64,000 nt of DNA from Psammoneis japonica (lineage: Eukaryota), in contig QPGO01000087.1 in assembly GCA_008632985.1 (NCBI GenBank), positions 1-64,000 of the forward strand, written 5' to 3'. Both the position numbers and the translations under genes were made by a program. Within the stretch, counting starts at the first letter, position 1, and every line of letters starts with the position of its first letter. The notes beneath the pieces are model-generated. The model was not told the origin of the DNA. It worked only from the letters and a program-made list of their open reading frames with translations, and made no database searches. Positions 1-11,376 of this stretch are shown here, one piece after another.

Positions 1-495
1 TTATCTCCCTCCGACAACGGGAAAGGAGCCGGGGCAGGTCGACGACAATGGCGGCCGCTCCGAAAAACACAAACATAAACGCACAGATTTGTGATTGTCC
101 TTCGTATTATCATGGCATCGATTCCGGCATCCAAAACGCAAGATTGGGACACCCATCATCGTTCGTATCTCATCTGACAGGGAGGACTTGAATCAATGTT
201 TCTATTTGAGACTTATTCGCTTTTGATTCACTTGATGTGGTATTTCTCATAAACCACTGAAGTACGCATGCCGGTACAAGATGCGCAGGATTGAAGTATC
301 TAAACTTTCCAAGCACTGGCGAAATCTTTTTTGCTCCCGTTTCTTCCGTATGTTCACGTCTGGCGCCCAGATAATGCACGTCTGGAGCGGGCGTACCCTC
401 CCCATCCATCCATATCCAGAACGGCCCCATTACATTGAATTCATATCAAGAAAACACACAAAAAAATTCAAACACACTGCAGTAATCAGTCTTTG

Positions 496-3400
496 ATGCC
501 CGTCCGAATCAGCCTTTGTCGCAATGCCGGCGCCAACCGGGGAAAAGTTGTTGCCGCTGTTGTTGTCAAAGATGATTCTTCTGCGTTCCATGATGTTCTC
601 AGAATTGCGAGAAACAAATTAAAGATCCCAAAAAAGAAACCAGTGAATTTGTACGAGCACATTCGTGGAACGCAGATTAACGAGGAAAATTGGGAACAAG
701 TCGTTGTCAATGGAACGATACTAAACGTGGCTTGCGGTGAAGCATTCATTTCACCACAGGGAATTGTTCACACCGAGGACAGCTCGACGGAGCTCTCAGA
801 CGTGCCCACCCCACCGCGGTGGCCGGCTCCTTTTGGGAACAGCGCGCTTGATGTAAAACGCAATGAAGCACCACGAAGGATTCCAAAAAGTCCTCACGCT
901 GTTGTCTACGTCGACCTAGATGGCGTACTGGCTGATTTCGATCGGGGAATCGCTGAATTATGCGGTGGTCGTAGCCCAGAGCAAATGTCTCCCACGGAAA
1001 TGTGGCAAGCTATTGGTGATGCGGAGGACTTCTTTGGATCACTCGCTTGGACCGAGAAAGGCCAAGATCTGTTTGATGCTATACAGAGCATGTTTGGAGA
1101 GGATCATATCGAAATTCTCTCAGCTGGCCAAGGCAAATTCGGTGACCAAAAGAAGAGGTGGTGTCAGAAGCATCTTGGGAGCATCAAGGTAAACATTTGC
1201 ACAAGCATTAGAGAAAAACCGAGGTGGTCGCGAAAAGGTTGCATTTTGATTGATGACAGGCTTGATTTGAAGACGCCATGGGAGAATCGTGGTGGTCGTT
1301 TCGTGCATCATATAAGCCTGAAAGAGACGCTGACTGCGCTTCAACAACTTTCCGATGAGAAGCTACCTGCCGTAGAAACGACAAGTAATAATCTCTGGCC
1401 CTGCAAAAAGGTTGAGTATGTTGCTCTTGACGTTGATCCAGTCGATCACGAGGAGATACTGGGCAATCTTCCCACCGAACTGAAGAAAAGAATCGACAAG
1501 TCTGGACGAGTGGCAAACCTTCACGTGACGCTGGCGCATATGAATCAGGTATCTCAAGAAGAAATGCGCAAAGTATTTGGCGGCCTCGAAGGAGAAAAGG
1601 TCGATGTGGAAGTACGTGGCCTCTTGTGGAGCAAATCTATCGCCGCTCTCGACGTTGCTATTGCGGAAAAGTCCAGAAGATGTAAAGATATTCCTCGATC
1701 TTTGAACCGGTTTGCTCACATGACAATCTGGCATCAAGCTAGCACTAAAGCTTCTGAAGCGAACGACTTGCCACGCCAGGTACAAGGTGGCCATGCGCGC
1801 GAGACACGTTTCGGCAAACCTATTCGTTTGGTTTTAACATTGACGTACATGAGTGACTCCACCCTGCCTACTAGGATGAATCGTCGACGATCGCCGTTCG
1901 CTGATTTGAGTGGCGACGTTCTAAATCATTTCAAGCGTCTCAGTCGTACTAACCGATATATTCAACTTCGAAGATATGACGAGCACATTTCCGTCGACTA
2001 CACTGACCTGGCTGCATTTCAAACGGGAGACGTTTCTGATGTCAGACTGAAAGAATGCCGAGGACTGTTGGTTTCTCCGATTGACGGAACTGTTCTCGCC
2101 CGTAGATTCCACAAATTCTACAACGTGCACGAGGTACTCGAGTCTGATCATGGAACCGGCATTGACGTGAGAGGTTGTTTGCTTCTGGAAAAGCTTGATG
2201 GATTTCTGGTTTCTCCTTTTGTGTCTCCGGTATCCGGCAGGGTTAGGTGGGCGACGCGACAGGAAATTAGTCCCGCTGCCGAAACCTTTGTCGCACGAAC
2301 GCCAAGTTGTGATTTTGCATCCTTTTCCAAGTATTGGATGGACAAGCGGTTCACTCCACTGTTCGAATGCATCAACCGAAGTCAGCAGAAAGGAGTTGTT
2401 ACGTATGATCGCGACCGAATGGTTCTTATTGCCATCCGCCACATGGACACCGGATTGTATGTTGACTGGGAAGAAGCGGCGGCGTCAGCTAAACAATTCA
2501 ATTTACCAACTGCACGGACAATCAGTCTTCCAGTTGGACAGGCACAAACGCTTGAAGGAATTCTAGCCTTCGTGCGCAATAACTTGTCTATCAAAGAAGA
2601 AATAGAAGGAGTTGTTATGGTTTTGGCTGATGGTCAAAGTCGCTACAAGATCAAGACAAACTGGTACCTGAACAATGTGAAACTGCATCTGAAGAAACCA
2701 TCACGACTCAAAGAGAGCAGCACTGTAGAACCTCCGTTGCTTACTTGGGGCGGCCTGCAGTGTTCTCATTGGACTGAGATACCAAATCAACTGCTCTGGG
2801 AGCTGGCTCTTTGGAAATGGCTCTGCGACGAATCAATCAATGATGACTTGTTGCCCGACTATGTACATCGCCTGAATCTTGCCACAAATTGCCCCATTGA
2901 CATTCTGCTTTACTTTATTGAAACCACTCGAGTCGCAGTCGTTCAACTGGATCAAGACTTGGCTTATTGGGCGTCGAATGAAATCGTCCAAAGAAACCAA
3001 GGGCTCGCTTTGCGTCAAGCACTATCGGCGGGATGGGAGACGGGCCTCGTTCAATCCTACTTGACAATGTCTAAGGATTCCACCAATGGATTACGACCGC
3101 TTGTGTCATTTCTGTGGAGCAAAATAATCCAGAAATCGGAATGGGGTGCCCTTCAGCGACTTCTGTCCATTGATTTTGTTCGACTGTCGGATCTATCGAC
3201 TGACGTGGGTCTTTTGTTCCAGACCGTCTTTGATAACAAGAACGCGAACAAGGATCAAACAACCATTATCCTTCGTGGATTACCAGGTTCAGGGAAATCG
3301 CACTTTGCACGCCAAGTTCTAGCGCCGTACCTAGCTCCGAGCTCGGTCGAAATTGTTTCAGCGGACGACTTTTTTGTAACCCATCGAGGGTACGAATTTG

Positions 3401-3681
3401 ACGAGTCGAGGCTTGGAGCTGCTCACGCTGATTGTCGCGAGCGTTTTATGACATCGACTGCAAGCATCCGAATCGTTGACAACACCAATTCTACACTGCA
3501 GGAGTACGCATTTTACAAGCGAAAATCGCAACAACCAGTGCTGGTGTTTGAGATTCACAGGAAACCTTCGATCAACACCAATGATCACAATGTCCCGCAA
3601 GTCGTCATCAACCGAATGAAGCGTCGGTGGGAGAATGATTCGGACGCTATTCATGTGCAGAACTTTCACCGCTGCTACTAA
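496..3681 (+). CDS. Multidomain RNA end-healing/sealing enzyme: N-terminal ubiquitin/DCX-like domain, HAD 5'(3')-nucleotidase-like, 2H phosphoesterase, T4 Rnl1-type RNA ligase, P-loop polynucleotide kinase (AAA_33-like)
   Basis: Intronless 1061-aa ORF from ATG 496. HAD motifs VYVDLDGVLADF and ILIDDR. Two HxT motifs (HVTL, HMTI). Rnl1 motifs ECRGL, RRFHKFYN, EKLDG, EGVV, YKIK. Kinase motifs LRGLPGSGKS, SADDFF, VDNTN, HNVP. Confidence 0.85.
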   Translation: MPVRISLCRNAGANRGKVVAAVVVKDDSSAFHDVLRIARNKLKIPKKKPVNLYEHIRGTQINEENWEQVVVNGTILNVACGEAFISPQGIVHTEDSSTELSDVPTPPRWPAPFGNSALDVKRNEAPRRIPKSPHAVVYVDLDGVLADFDRGIAELCGGRSPEQMSPTEMWQAIGDAEDFFGSLAWTEKGQDLFDAIQSMFGEDHIEILSAGQGKFGDQKKRWCQKHLGSIKVNICTSIREKPRWSRKGCILIDDRLDLKTPWENRGGRFVHHISLKETLTALQQLSDEKLPAVETTSNNLWPCKKVEYVALDVDPVDHEEILGNLPTELKKRIDKSGRVANLHVTLAHMNQVSQEEMRKVFGGLEGEKVDVEVRGLLWSKSIAALDVAIAEKSRRCKDIPRSLNRFAHMTIWHQASTKASEANDLPRQVQGGHARETRFGKPIRLVLTLTYMSDSTLPTRMNRRRSPFADLSGDVLNHFKRLSRTNRYIQLRRYDEHISVDYTDLAAFQTGDVSDVRLKECRGLLVSPIDGTVLARRFHKFYNVHEVLESDHGTGIDVRGCLLLEKLDGFLVSPFVSPVSGRVRWATRQEISPAAETFVARTPSCDFASFSKYWMDKRFTPLFECINRSQQKGVVTYDRDRMVLIAIRHMDTGLYVDWEEAAASAKQFNLPTARTISLPVGQAQTLEGILAFVRNNLSIKEEIEGVVMVLADGQSRYKIKTNWYLNNVKLHLKKPSRLKESSTVEPPLLTWGGLQCSHWTEIPNQLLWELALWKWLCDESINDDLLPDYVHRLNLATNCPIDILLYFIETTRVAVVQLDQDLAYWASNEIVQRNQGLALRQALSAGWETGLVQSYLTMSKDSTNGLRPLVSFLWSKIIQKSEWGALQRLLSIDFVRLSDLSTDVGLLFQTVFDNKNANKDQTTIILRGLPGSGKSHFARQVLAPYLAPSSVEIVSADDFFVTHRGYEFDESRLGAAHADCRERFMTSTASIRIVDNTNSTLQEYAFYKRKSQQPVLVFEIHRKPSINTNDHNVPQVVINRMKRRWENDSDAIHVQNFHRCY

Positions 3682-5014
3682 TCTATTTTAGCGATGCCGA
3701 TGCTGCTCTTACAGTCCTCTTGTAAATGGGGATGGAAGCGGGTGGCTGTGGATGGACGTCCATGAATCAAAAATGTTTGTACAAGCGGTTCTGCCAGCAA
3801 GCTGCATTTTACTTTTGCATGACACAAAATTTAATCAACTAGAGCAGGAAAACGGTCCAGGCCAAAATGATTTCGCTCTGAAAGTGTTGGACATCCAGCA
3901 ACTGGCCCACTGTCATTGTTTGCAAGCTTGTTGTTGCTTCTCCTTCTGATGTCAAGGCCTGCTTGCTCAAGACCCCAAAGATCTCTATCCCTGACCTTTC
4001 TGTTGTTCTGCACAATGGTGGCAGCACACTTCAGAATGATGGATCATTGGTTGAAGTTGCTTTGGATGGTGTTTTTGTTGTCATTTGTTCATGTTCCATC
4101 CAATGACATGGCTGCATTTCATTGCTCTGCAGTTTGCAAGGACAAGTGCCCAAGGTTTGATGAGTCAACCAACCCAGCTTGCACACAACCCAGCTGTTGC
4201 TTCACTGTGTTGCAGCAATTCTTGCACCAGGCATGTGTCCTCTGTGCTTGTCCTCCACAAGAAAATGTGCACACTGCAGCAAGAATCACACTCCATTGTT
4301 CTTGGCAGCTGGGTTTGTGAAAAGTTGTCTCTGCAAGTTTTTCATTTGGCTGAGGAGGTTTTGGTGTGCATGGGCATGCCCGTCATTGCCACATGTTTGC
4401 TTGTGTCTTGCCATTCAGCGCACTCATGATTTTGCAAAAAAAAAAAAGAGTTGGGCTCCTTCTCTCTCGCCTGAAACAGTGTGTGGCTTGCTCCCAGCAT
4501 GCATGCAAGCCAGCTACTCAAGAGCAAGGAGTGGGCATTTTGAGCAGCCTTTTTGCATGCTGCACTGAGCGGGTCATCATTGAAGAAGAGCTTGCTCCAG
4601 GAAAATCCCATGTGGCAAAGAAGCTGATGCTTGTGATGTGCATGGCACCAAACTTACCTGACAAGCTCAGAAAATGTGCAAGCATGCATTTTGTTGTTTT
4701 CACTTGTCTTGAAGACACAAAATTTCTCAAGTGTCACACACTCACCCCAAGTGCAGCTGGCCTGCGATGCCACTTGGTTTGCCAAACACCAGGTTGGCCT
4801 GAGCAGTGGCAGTGGGTGCTTGCACCACCTGCTGGACAGCAGCTCTGCATTTGACCCATGGAACAATCTGAGCTCAACAGATTTTCTCAATTGCCTGCTT
4901 TTGACATTGTGCACCTGTCATGTGCCACAGCTGCCGTGCCAGCAGACCATTGTTGCCACATTGCTGCTGCTTGTTTTTGGCAGATGGCAGCTCTGCACAT
5001 GGCAGCACCAGTGG

Positions 5015-5015
<1 letters not shown>

Positions 5016-5047
<32 letters not shown>
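5016..5047. repeat. (CT)n microsatellite
   Basis: Run of CT units. Confidence 0.9.
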
Positions 5048-5049
<2 letters not shown>

Positions 5050-5479
5050 CTCCTTCACTTCTTGACTTGATGATGTGCAGCTTTGCTGCTGGAGTTGACT
5101 CGCCCATTTGGCCAGCATGGGAAAAAATGTCTGTGTGGGCCAAGAACATGTGGTGTGAGGTTGTGCTGGTTTGGAAAGTGCTCTCTGCAGAAGTTGGTGT
5201 CACTCTCTTTGGTTGATGGTTGTTTCTTGCTCATTGTCAATGGGGGAGAGGGGGCAAGCCACACCACTGCAGAAGCTCAGTGGTGGAGCCAGCTTCACAC
5301 AAACATCCACCAGCGTGCTTGTCCTGTAAATGCAAGCTGTTGATTGCAGCTCCAGGAGAGGGCAGCAAAGATGACCAAGCTTGGACAGAGCTGAAGAATG
5401 CTGCCAAGATGCAAGCACCAGGAGCCACCCCTGGGGGGGAAGTGCACAATCAAAAGTGGAGCATTCTTTCTGTTGTTTT

Positions 5480-5503
5480 GAAGAAGAAGAAGAAGAAGAA
5501 GAA
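5480..5503. repeat. (GAA)n microsatellite
   Basis: About 8 GAA units. Confidence 0.85.
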
Positions 5504-5903
5504 GCCATCGCGATCCATGCAAAGATTGTTGCAAGAGTCCAATTCTGACAAGCCGAAGCAACAACGTCGCTGAGCTTGTCTTCGGCAATTTGAAATGGTC
5601 GTTGTGGGATTGTGCGCTCTTTGTGTTCAGTCAACATGTCTCGTGTTCGTTCCAGCAGTGCTTGTCGCGGCGTTTTCTTCCTCCGCAATCAGCTCCGACA
5701 GCAAGTCGCAATTGACTTCAGAATATAGTGTGCACCATCCAAGCAGTAGCATTTTTAAAGTGTGCAAGCATTGAAAGGCTACCTGCGATAGGACACTGGC
5801 TATGAGATTCGTGCCTTATGGACAAAGTTACGATAAAATTGGAACCTATGGAGCGAAAGTAATGTAGCCTCTAGTTCGCACCAGGAACAACTTCAACTGA
5901 AGG

Positions 5904-7199
5904 CTATATATCAAGGGATGCCGCAGTAGCAAGTGTCGAGGCAACGGAATCACCTGAATGCACGTACATGTCTCCTTCATCACAATACCTTACAGCATCT
6001 TTCAACTCTTTCAAAATGGACAAGAAACCTCGGTCTCCCGAGCAAAACACACCTGGTGTCTCCGCCGATTCTCTTTCTGCAGCAAGGGGCGACTCTATCA
6101 GGTCGTCCACTCGTTGTTGATGATCACTCTCGTGTCGTAATTGTTGTAGGATAGGCTCCAATCTCTTAAATCTTGTGGTTCCAAATGTATCAAGCAGAGA
6201 CTGTGAATATAGCCGGTTGTTGCTGGATACATCATCCATACCATCCGGCAAAACATCAACCCGTATCCTGATCCTCGCGTCTTCATCCAGTACAACTGAC
6301 GCTTCACCGTCTGAAACAACAAGTGGTGGTTGGGACTGTGGCTTTTTCACCGGAAGATCCATTGTTGTTGAAACCCTATCGTTTTGACCAAAGAAGACAA
6401 GGTAGGCAATTCCCTCTTGAGCTCGAGTAGCCAGAGCCTCGGTATCCTCTTCGTCGTCATCGCAAGACAAGCCAAGGGTTTCATCGCTTTTTCCAGCCAC
6501 AAGAGTCACATTCAACTCTATAATTTCAGGCATACCGGACCCAGATGCTGACCAAACCACACTAGGACCTCGGGTTACGGATGCAACCTCGTCTCCGTCA
6601 TCCTCGTCAGAAGTCGATTTCGCCAGAATGTATGCACCACCATCACTGCTAAGGTCTGAACTCTCCAGCTCTGGCGTTGTCCGCGTATTCTCTACAACAT
6701 CGCAGTCTCGGTTCATTTCCTCCAGTGGAACCGACGGCAAATTCGCATCCCTCGACGGTAGCCGAATGGTTAAGTGTGGCTTCTTTGTGCTGTTTCTTCG
6801 AGGAGAACCACTCTGCAGAACTTCATCACGTTTATCCCACTGAGCCACGAGCTGAAATACATCCTCGTCCCTACCAGATGTATCAATTGAGGTATTCGGT
6901 GATGTTGTTTTCAACGGAATGAGGCACGCTGGATCGGATTCCACCAGCAAATTTCCAGAACGGGGACAGAGCGAAGAAGAACCGACTTGCATGTCCTTGA
7001 GTGAACCAGAAAAAGACACCGCCGCTGTCACGTGCGGAACAACGGGTCCCTCGTCGCCCAAGTCATTGTTTCGTTTTCGAGTCTTGAGCGATATTCCTTT
7101 GAGACTTTCCAAGGTCACTTTGATTAATGGCTGTGTTGCTGGAGGTTTTCGAGGAAAAGATCGCGACTTCATCATCATGGCATTATTAAATTCACTCAT
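5904..7199 (-). CDS. Hypothetical protein (431 aa)
   Basis: Long ATG-initiated ORF with normal dinucleotide composition; no recognised motif. Confidence 0.7.
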   Translation of the reverse strand: MSEFNNAMMMKSRSFPRKPPATQPLIKVTLESLKGISLKTRKRNNDLGDEGPVVPHVTAAVSFSGSLKDMQVGSSSLCPRSGNLLVESDPACLIPLKTTSPNTSIDTSGRDEDVFQLVAQWDKRDEVLQSGSPRRNSTKKPHLTIRLPSRDANLPSVPLEEMNRDCDVVENTRTTPELESSDLSSDGGAYILAKSTSDEDDGDEVASVTRGPSVVWSASGSGMPEIIELNVTLVAGKSDETLGLSCDDDEEDTEALATRAQEGIAYLVFFGQNDRVSTTMDLPVKKPQSQPPLVVSDGEASVVLDEDARIRIRVDVLPDGMDDVSSNNRLYSQSLLDTFGTTRFKRLEPILQQLRHESDHQQRVDDLIESPLAAERESAETPGVFCSGDRGFLSILKELKDAVRYCDEGDMYVHSGDSVASTLATAASLDI

Positions 7200-8095
7200 G
7201 GTGCCCTTCTAGACTACAACAGTGGCGAATAAGACTTGTATATACTCTGCCCTTACAACCTGAATGACATGCCAAACCGAGATCAACATGAGATAATCGA
7301 AAGCAGCACATACGGTAGCAACATGGAACAGGCAACAACGCGAAACCTGACTTTCTTTGTTTGGGCGGGAAGACATCCGTTTCGCCGCCAACGGTTTGAT
7401 CGTGTAAGCTCACGAAGGTTGGATAAATCCTAAATTTTTCGCAAGATTGGTAATTGGATCAAATTGGATCTATTTGGATCTTATGCAGCAACTGAAAACG
7501 GATATGTCTAACTAAGAACTCTAAGAGTATTTATACCTTTTTACTGCATACAAGACGGAATAAAATATTCTGTACCCAATTTGCCGTGAAGAATCATCGA
7601 CTATACTGTAATAAGAATACACAGCATAACTTATATTCAATGATTTTATTCGCATACAAAGAAAAAGAATAGAGGGAACATTCCGTTTCAGTCGTACTGT
7701 AGATAGCCTCAGCGGGGGTTTTGGCGCTTTTTTCCCGGCGTGTCTCCCGCCAAGAAAGAAGGAACAATGCTTCAAACGCCCGAGCCATGCTCAATTAGAC
7801 TCTGCGTTGTGGCTTGCGGAGCGAGAATGCCAACAGCCCCCTTCAGTGTGATGGTGGCTGCAAAGCTTCGGCCTCTGAGCTCTGAACGAGCCAGCCGCCC
7901 CATCTCAGACTTTCACAGACTGGGCTGTTGACTGGGTGGCAGATCGCCAGACAGGCGCTCCGTGGCTCTCTCCCTCTCCCTTGCAGATTTCACAACCAAC
8001 CACAAATTTTTTGCAAACAAGAAAGTGCTCTCGCACACAGCCGGCACAAGGCACACAAAAGAGGGTTTTTGGTGGCAACAACACTCCTGTGCTTT

Positions 8096-8371
8096 TGACA
8101 GAAATTGAAGGCAAATGGCAAGAATTCAAACAACAACTCCTTGCTGCTGTCTAAACAGCAGATGAGTCTCCGCTCAGAGACCGTCACAGGAGCCGAAAGA
8201 CGTGTAAGTCGGTGTGATCGGGCCACTGTTGTCATTCTTGTGAGCCTTGTGGCTTGAAAGCAAACTGCATCGTGCGCGAACGCGTGGAACTGAAGCACAC
8301 AAAACTGTGCGCGGCAAACTGAACAGTGCGCGACATTTCGCGCGCACCCAAATCCTGTTCAAATCCTGTCA
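8096..8371 (-). repeat. 3' LTR of the 3.3-kb element
   Basis: Direct repeat of 11101-11376 with TG...CA ends. Confidence 0.92.
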
Positions 8372-8437
8372 CTCCCCAGTTTGCTTGAGGAGCCACAGAA
8401 ACAGATTCGACTTCGGATTGACTAAAGAACTTTGGAG

Positions 8438-10144
8438 TCAAAGCACCAAAACATGAGGAGACAAGAAAGGATCAAGATCCGAGAGCAACGTTGCATTCTC
8501 CAAGTGGGTCATCTTGAGATGAGCTGCGTCTCCCCAATTGCAGATGCCGTTGTGCTTTTCAAAGCTCAAGGCACACTTGGGATCTTGTGGGATTCCACAT
8601 CCGCGCTTGCAATGGAAGGAGCAAAACTTGGTCTGGTTGACAATGTTGAACGGTGGGGCAACATTGCAGGCGGCATGGCGTTTGCACGACTCGGGGAACA
8701 GAGCAAGCATCAGTTCAAAGGCACAAGCGGTGGTCTTGTGTTCCACCAATCCGACTGCATCTCCTGAGAGACTGATCCAATTGGAGAAACGAGTCTCAAG
8801 GTGCAAGCCTTTGGGGATCGGATTGGAGCAAGACATCTTGTGGTGCAAGGCTGCAGATGTCTGATTGGGGCAACCAGTCCCGTGCTGCAAGACTTCTGGG
8901 ATCCAAAAGGACTTGCCAGTGTTGTGACACGAGTCTTCGGGGATCCAATCAGGAGGCCAAGTCTTGAGGTGCAAGACTTGGGGGATCCAATCAGGAGGCC
9001 GAGTCTCGTGGCGCAAGACTTGAGGGATCCAATCCGGAGGCCGAGTCTTGAGGCATGAGACGTGGAGGATCCAATTGGGAGGCCCGGTCTCGAGGTACGA
9101 GACTTGGGGCATCCAATCAGGAGGCCCAGTCTCGAGGTACGAGACTTGGGGCATCCAATCAGGAGGCCTGGTCTCGAGGTACGAGACTTGAGGCATCCAA
9201 TCAGGAGGCCTGGTCTCGAGGTACGAGACTTGAGGCATCCAATCAGGAGGCCCAGTCTCGAGGCACGAGACTTGAGGCATCCAATCAGGAGGCCTGGTCT
9301 CATGGTGCAATGCTTGGAGGATCCGAAGACAACAAAGCTGCTTGGATGTCCTGAACTCCCCATCCAATGAACCGGTTGAACTGTTGTGAACAGATTCAAT
9401 GACGGGAAAAGGAGGCTCCCCATCAGGAGACACGAGAAGCAAGTTGTCACCTCCATCACTTCCCAAACGAAGACTGTGAAGGGTGACAGCGACAGAAGTC
9501 GACACGTGGAGGTTGGCAGCACGTGGTTTGTGGGGTGCAAAGACTGCAGCTTTGGAAGCCATGGGTGGAGTGTCCCAACTGGTCTCGAAGTGCGGGCCTG
9601 TGCAAGGGCTGCAATCCTGCACTGGGCCGAGGTTGCTTGCAGGCGGGTTGGTCAAGACATGCGGGGTGCGACTGACACCACTTCTAGGAGACACCTGAGT
9701 GGCGGCACAGTGCAAGGCTGGTGTCAAAATGGCACTGGGTTCATCTGGTTTGGATGGCAAGGGACTCAGCACAGGTGCGGAGGGTGCTGCGCCAGTGGCT
9801 AGAGAGGTCAAGCAGTCCGGACCAAGGCAGCAGTTGCGAAATTCCTCGGGTGTGAGCAACTGGGGTTCATTGATCACATCATCACCGTTGCAAACTTTGA
9901 CAAAGTGGAAGCTGATCAAAGCTGCTAGGAGGTTTCTGTGGGTCCGTGGCAAAGGCACTGCATTGGCGCCGTCTCTGTAAGTGAGGGCGTCAATTTGGGT
10001 GGGTGAGAACGTGAACTGTTCCTCGCACGATTCAATCCCGTTGATGGACAGGGCAGAACGAAGAGGGCTGTCATCGTCTTGATTGAGCACAGTGCCTAGA
10101 ATGCATTTGAAGCTTTCGGTTTGTTGCTGTCGCGTGAGAACCAT
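8438..10144 (-). pseudogene. Chimeric Copia ORF: Gag N-terminus + 14-aa tandem repeats + pre-RT remnant
   Basis: N-terminus (ILGTVL..DDDSPLRSAL..NGI...IDALTY) resembles diatom Copia Gag starts. C-terminal GCGIPQDPKCALSFEKHNGICNWGDA resembles the pre-RT segment. No integrase, RT or RNase H. Confidence 0.6.
8775..9305. repeat. 42-bp minisatellite, ~12-13 units (ETRPPDWMPQVSYL on the minus strand)
   Basis: Repeating gcatccaatcaggaggcctggtctcgaggtacgagacttgag units that degenerate toward 8775. Confidence 0.92.
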
Positions 10145-11100
10145 GATGGAGGACGGTGCAGTAGAAACAAAAGACAGGAACCAATCTAGAGCGCGGTCTT
10201 GACTCGGAGTTTTGACTTGGAACTTGGCTTGAAAAAGACGTGACTTGAGCCAGACTTGACTTGAAATCTTGGACCATCTTAAAATCAGAAGTCGCCGGGT
10301 TGTGCCACCCCGTTTTGTTGTTGAGTGCTAAACTTCCTGTCCGGTCCGCAGAGTTGTGCCGGCACGTCTGAACCCGCAGCTGGCGGCGCTTTGGGTTGCT
10401 TGCGAGCGGAGTGGCGGGTTGTAAACCCCTGCAGGTGAGCTGACTGGAGGTGGACAAGACCCCCGAACCGTTCTCATTTTGTGTCGGTTGGATTTCCCGA
10501 TCAGGCTGGCCAGTTGACGCAGGCGTTGGGCGCTGTGGACGAACGAACAAATGCGGGAAAGCACCCTCGCCCCAACGCAGGCTGCAATCACGGCCACTTG
10601 CTCTCACAGTCGTCCTCGTGGACCCAGTGGAACTGCAGAGCACCAGCAGTCTGGGGCAGATCAGGTGCAATGGACTCGGTGTGCTTGTAGAGTGGCAGCA
10701 AAACCGCAGTCCGAAGAGTGGGTGCAGGTTCTTGGCCGTGAAGATGTGCACATGTGTGTGTCTTCAGCGACGAAGATCCTTGAATGTGCAGGGTTCTTGA
10801 CCGTTGACCGATGAACAGGTGTGTCAAGGGATGAGGATCAAGGACAGACTTGGATGTGACCGTTGAATGCATGTCTTCAGCGATCAAAGGCAGCACAATC
10901 AATCCAGACATCCAGCGGCAAGGAGACTTGACGGTGACGTTAACTTCCTGCCGATGCCCTGGCATTGAATGCGCGTAGACTTGCCGATGCATGTAGAATG
11001 TGTGCGGAGGTCCACGTGGAATTGAGGTGGCGTCGTTGGTAAATCAACGACGACGATGGCGGTTGCTCAATGGGTTGACAATGAGCAAAGACTGTTAATC

Positions 11101-11376
11101 TGACAGAAATTGAAGGCAAATGGCAAGAATTCAAACAATGACTCCTTGCTGCTGTCTAAACAGCAGATGAGTCTCCGCTCAGAGACCGTCACAGGAGCCG
11201 AAAGACGTGCAAGTCGGTACAATCGGGCTGCTGTTGTCATTCTTGTGAGCCTTGTGGCTCGAAAGCAAACTACATCGCGCGCGAACGTGCGGAACTAAAG
11301 CACACAAAACTGTGCGCGGCAAACCAAACAGCGCACGACATTTCGCGCGCACCTAAATCCTGTTCAAATCCTGTCA
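11101..11376 (-). repeat. 5' LTR of the 3.3-kb element
   Basis: Direct repeat of 8096-8371 with TG...CA ends. Confidence 0.92.

Larger units (their letters stand above)
3850..5700. repeat. TpA/CpG-depleted degenerate block (hypermutated repeat or pseudogene)
   Basis: Only a handful of TA dinucleotides in ~1.85 kb, strong TG/CA excess, Cys/His-rich spurious ORFs in all frames. ORF 5200-5688(-) reads like a former protein with Tyr>Cys changes. Confidence 0.7.
8096..11376 (-). mobile_element. Non-autonomous, internally deleted Ty1/Copia LTR retrotransposon (3.3 kb), nested in an older repeat
   Basis: 276-bp LTRs at 8096-8371 and 11101-11376, both TGACAG...CTGTCA. 5-bp TSD GCTTT at 8091-8095 and 11377-11381. 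Minus-strand polypurine tract next to the left LTR (+ strand ctcccc). Confidence 0.92.

Noticed and set aside
8775..9305. 42-bp repeat array as CRISPR
   Set aside because: No unique spacers, no cas genes, eukaryotic context; it is a coding minisatellite inside an LTR element.
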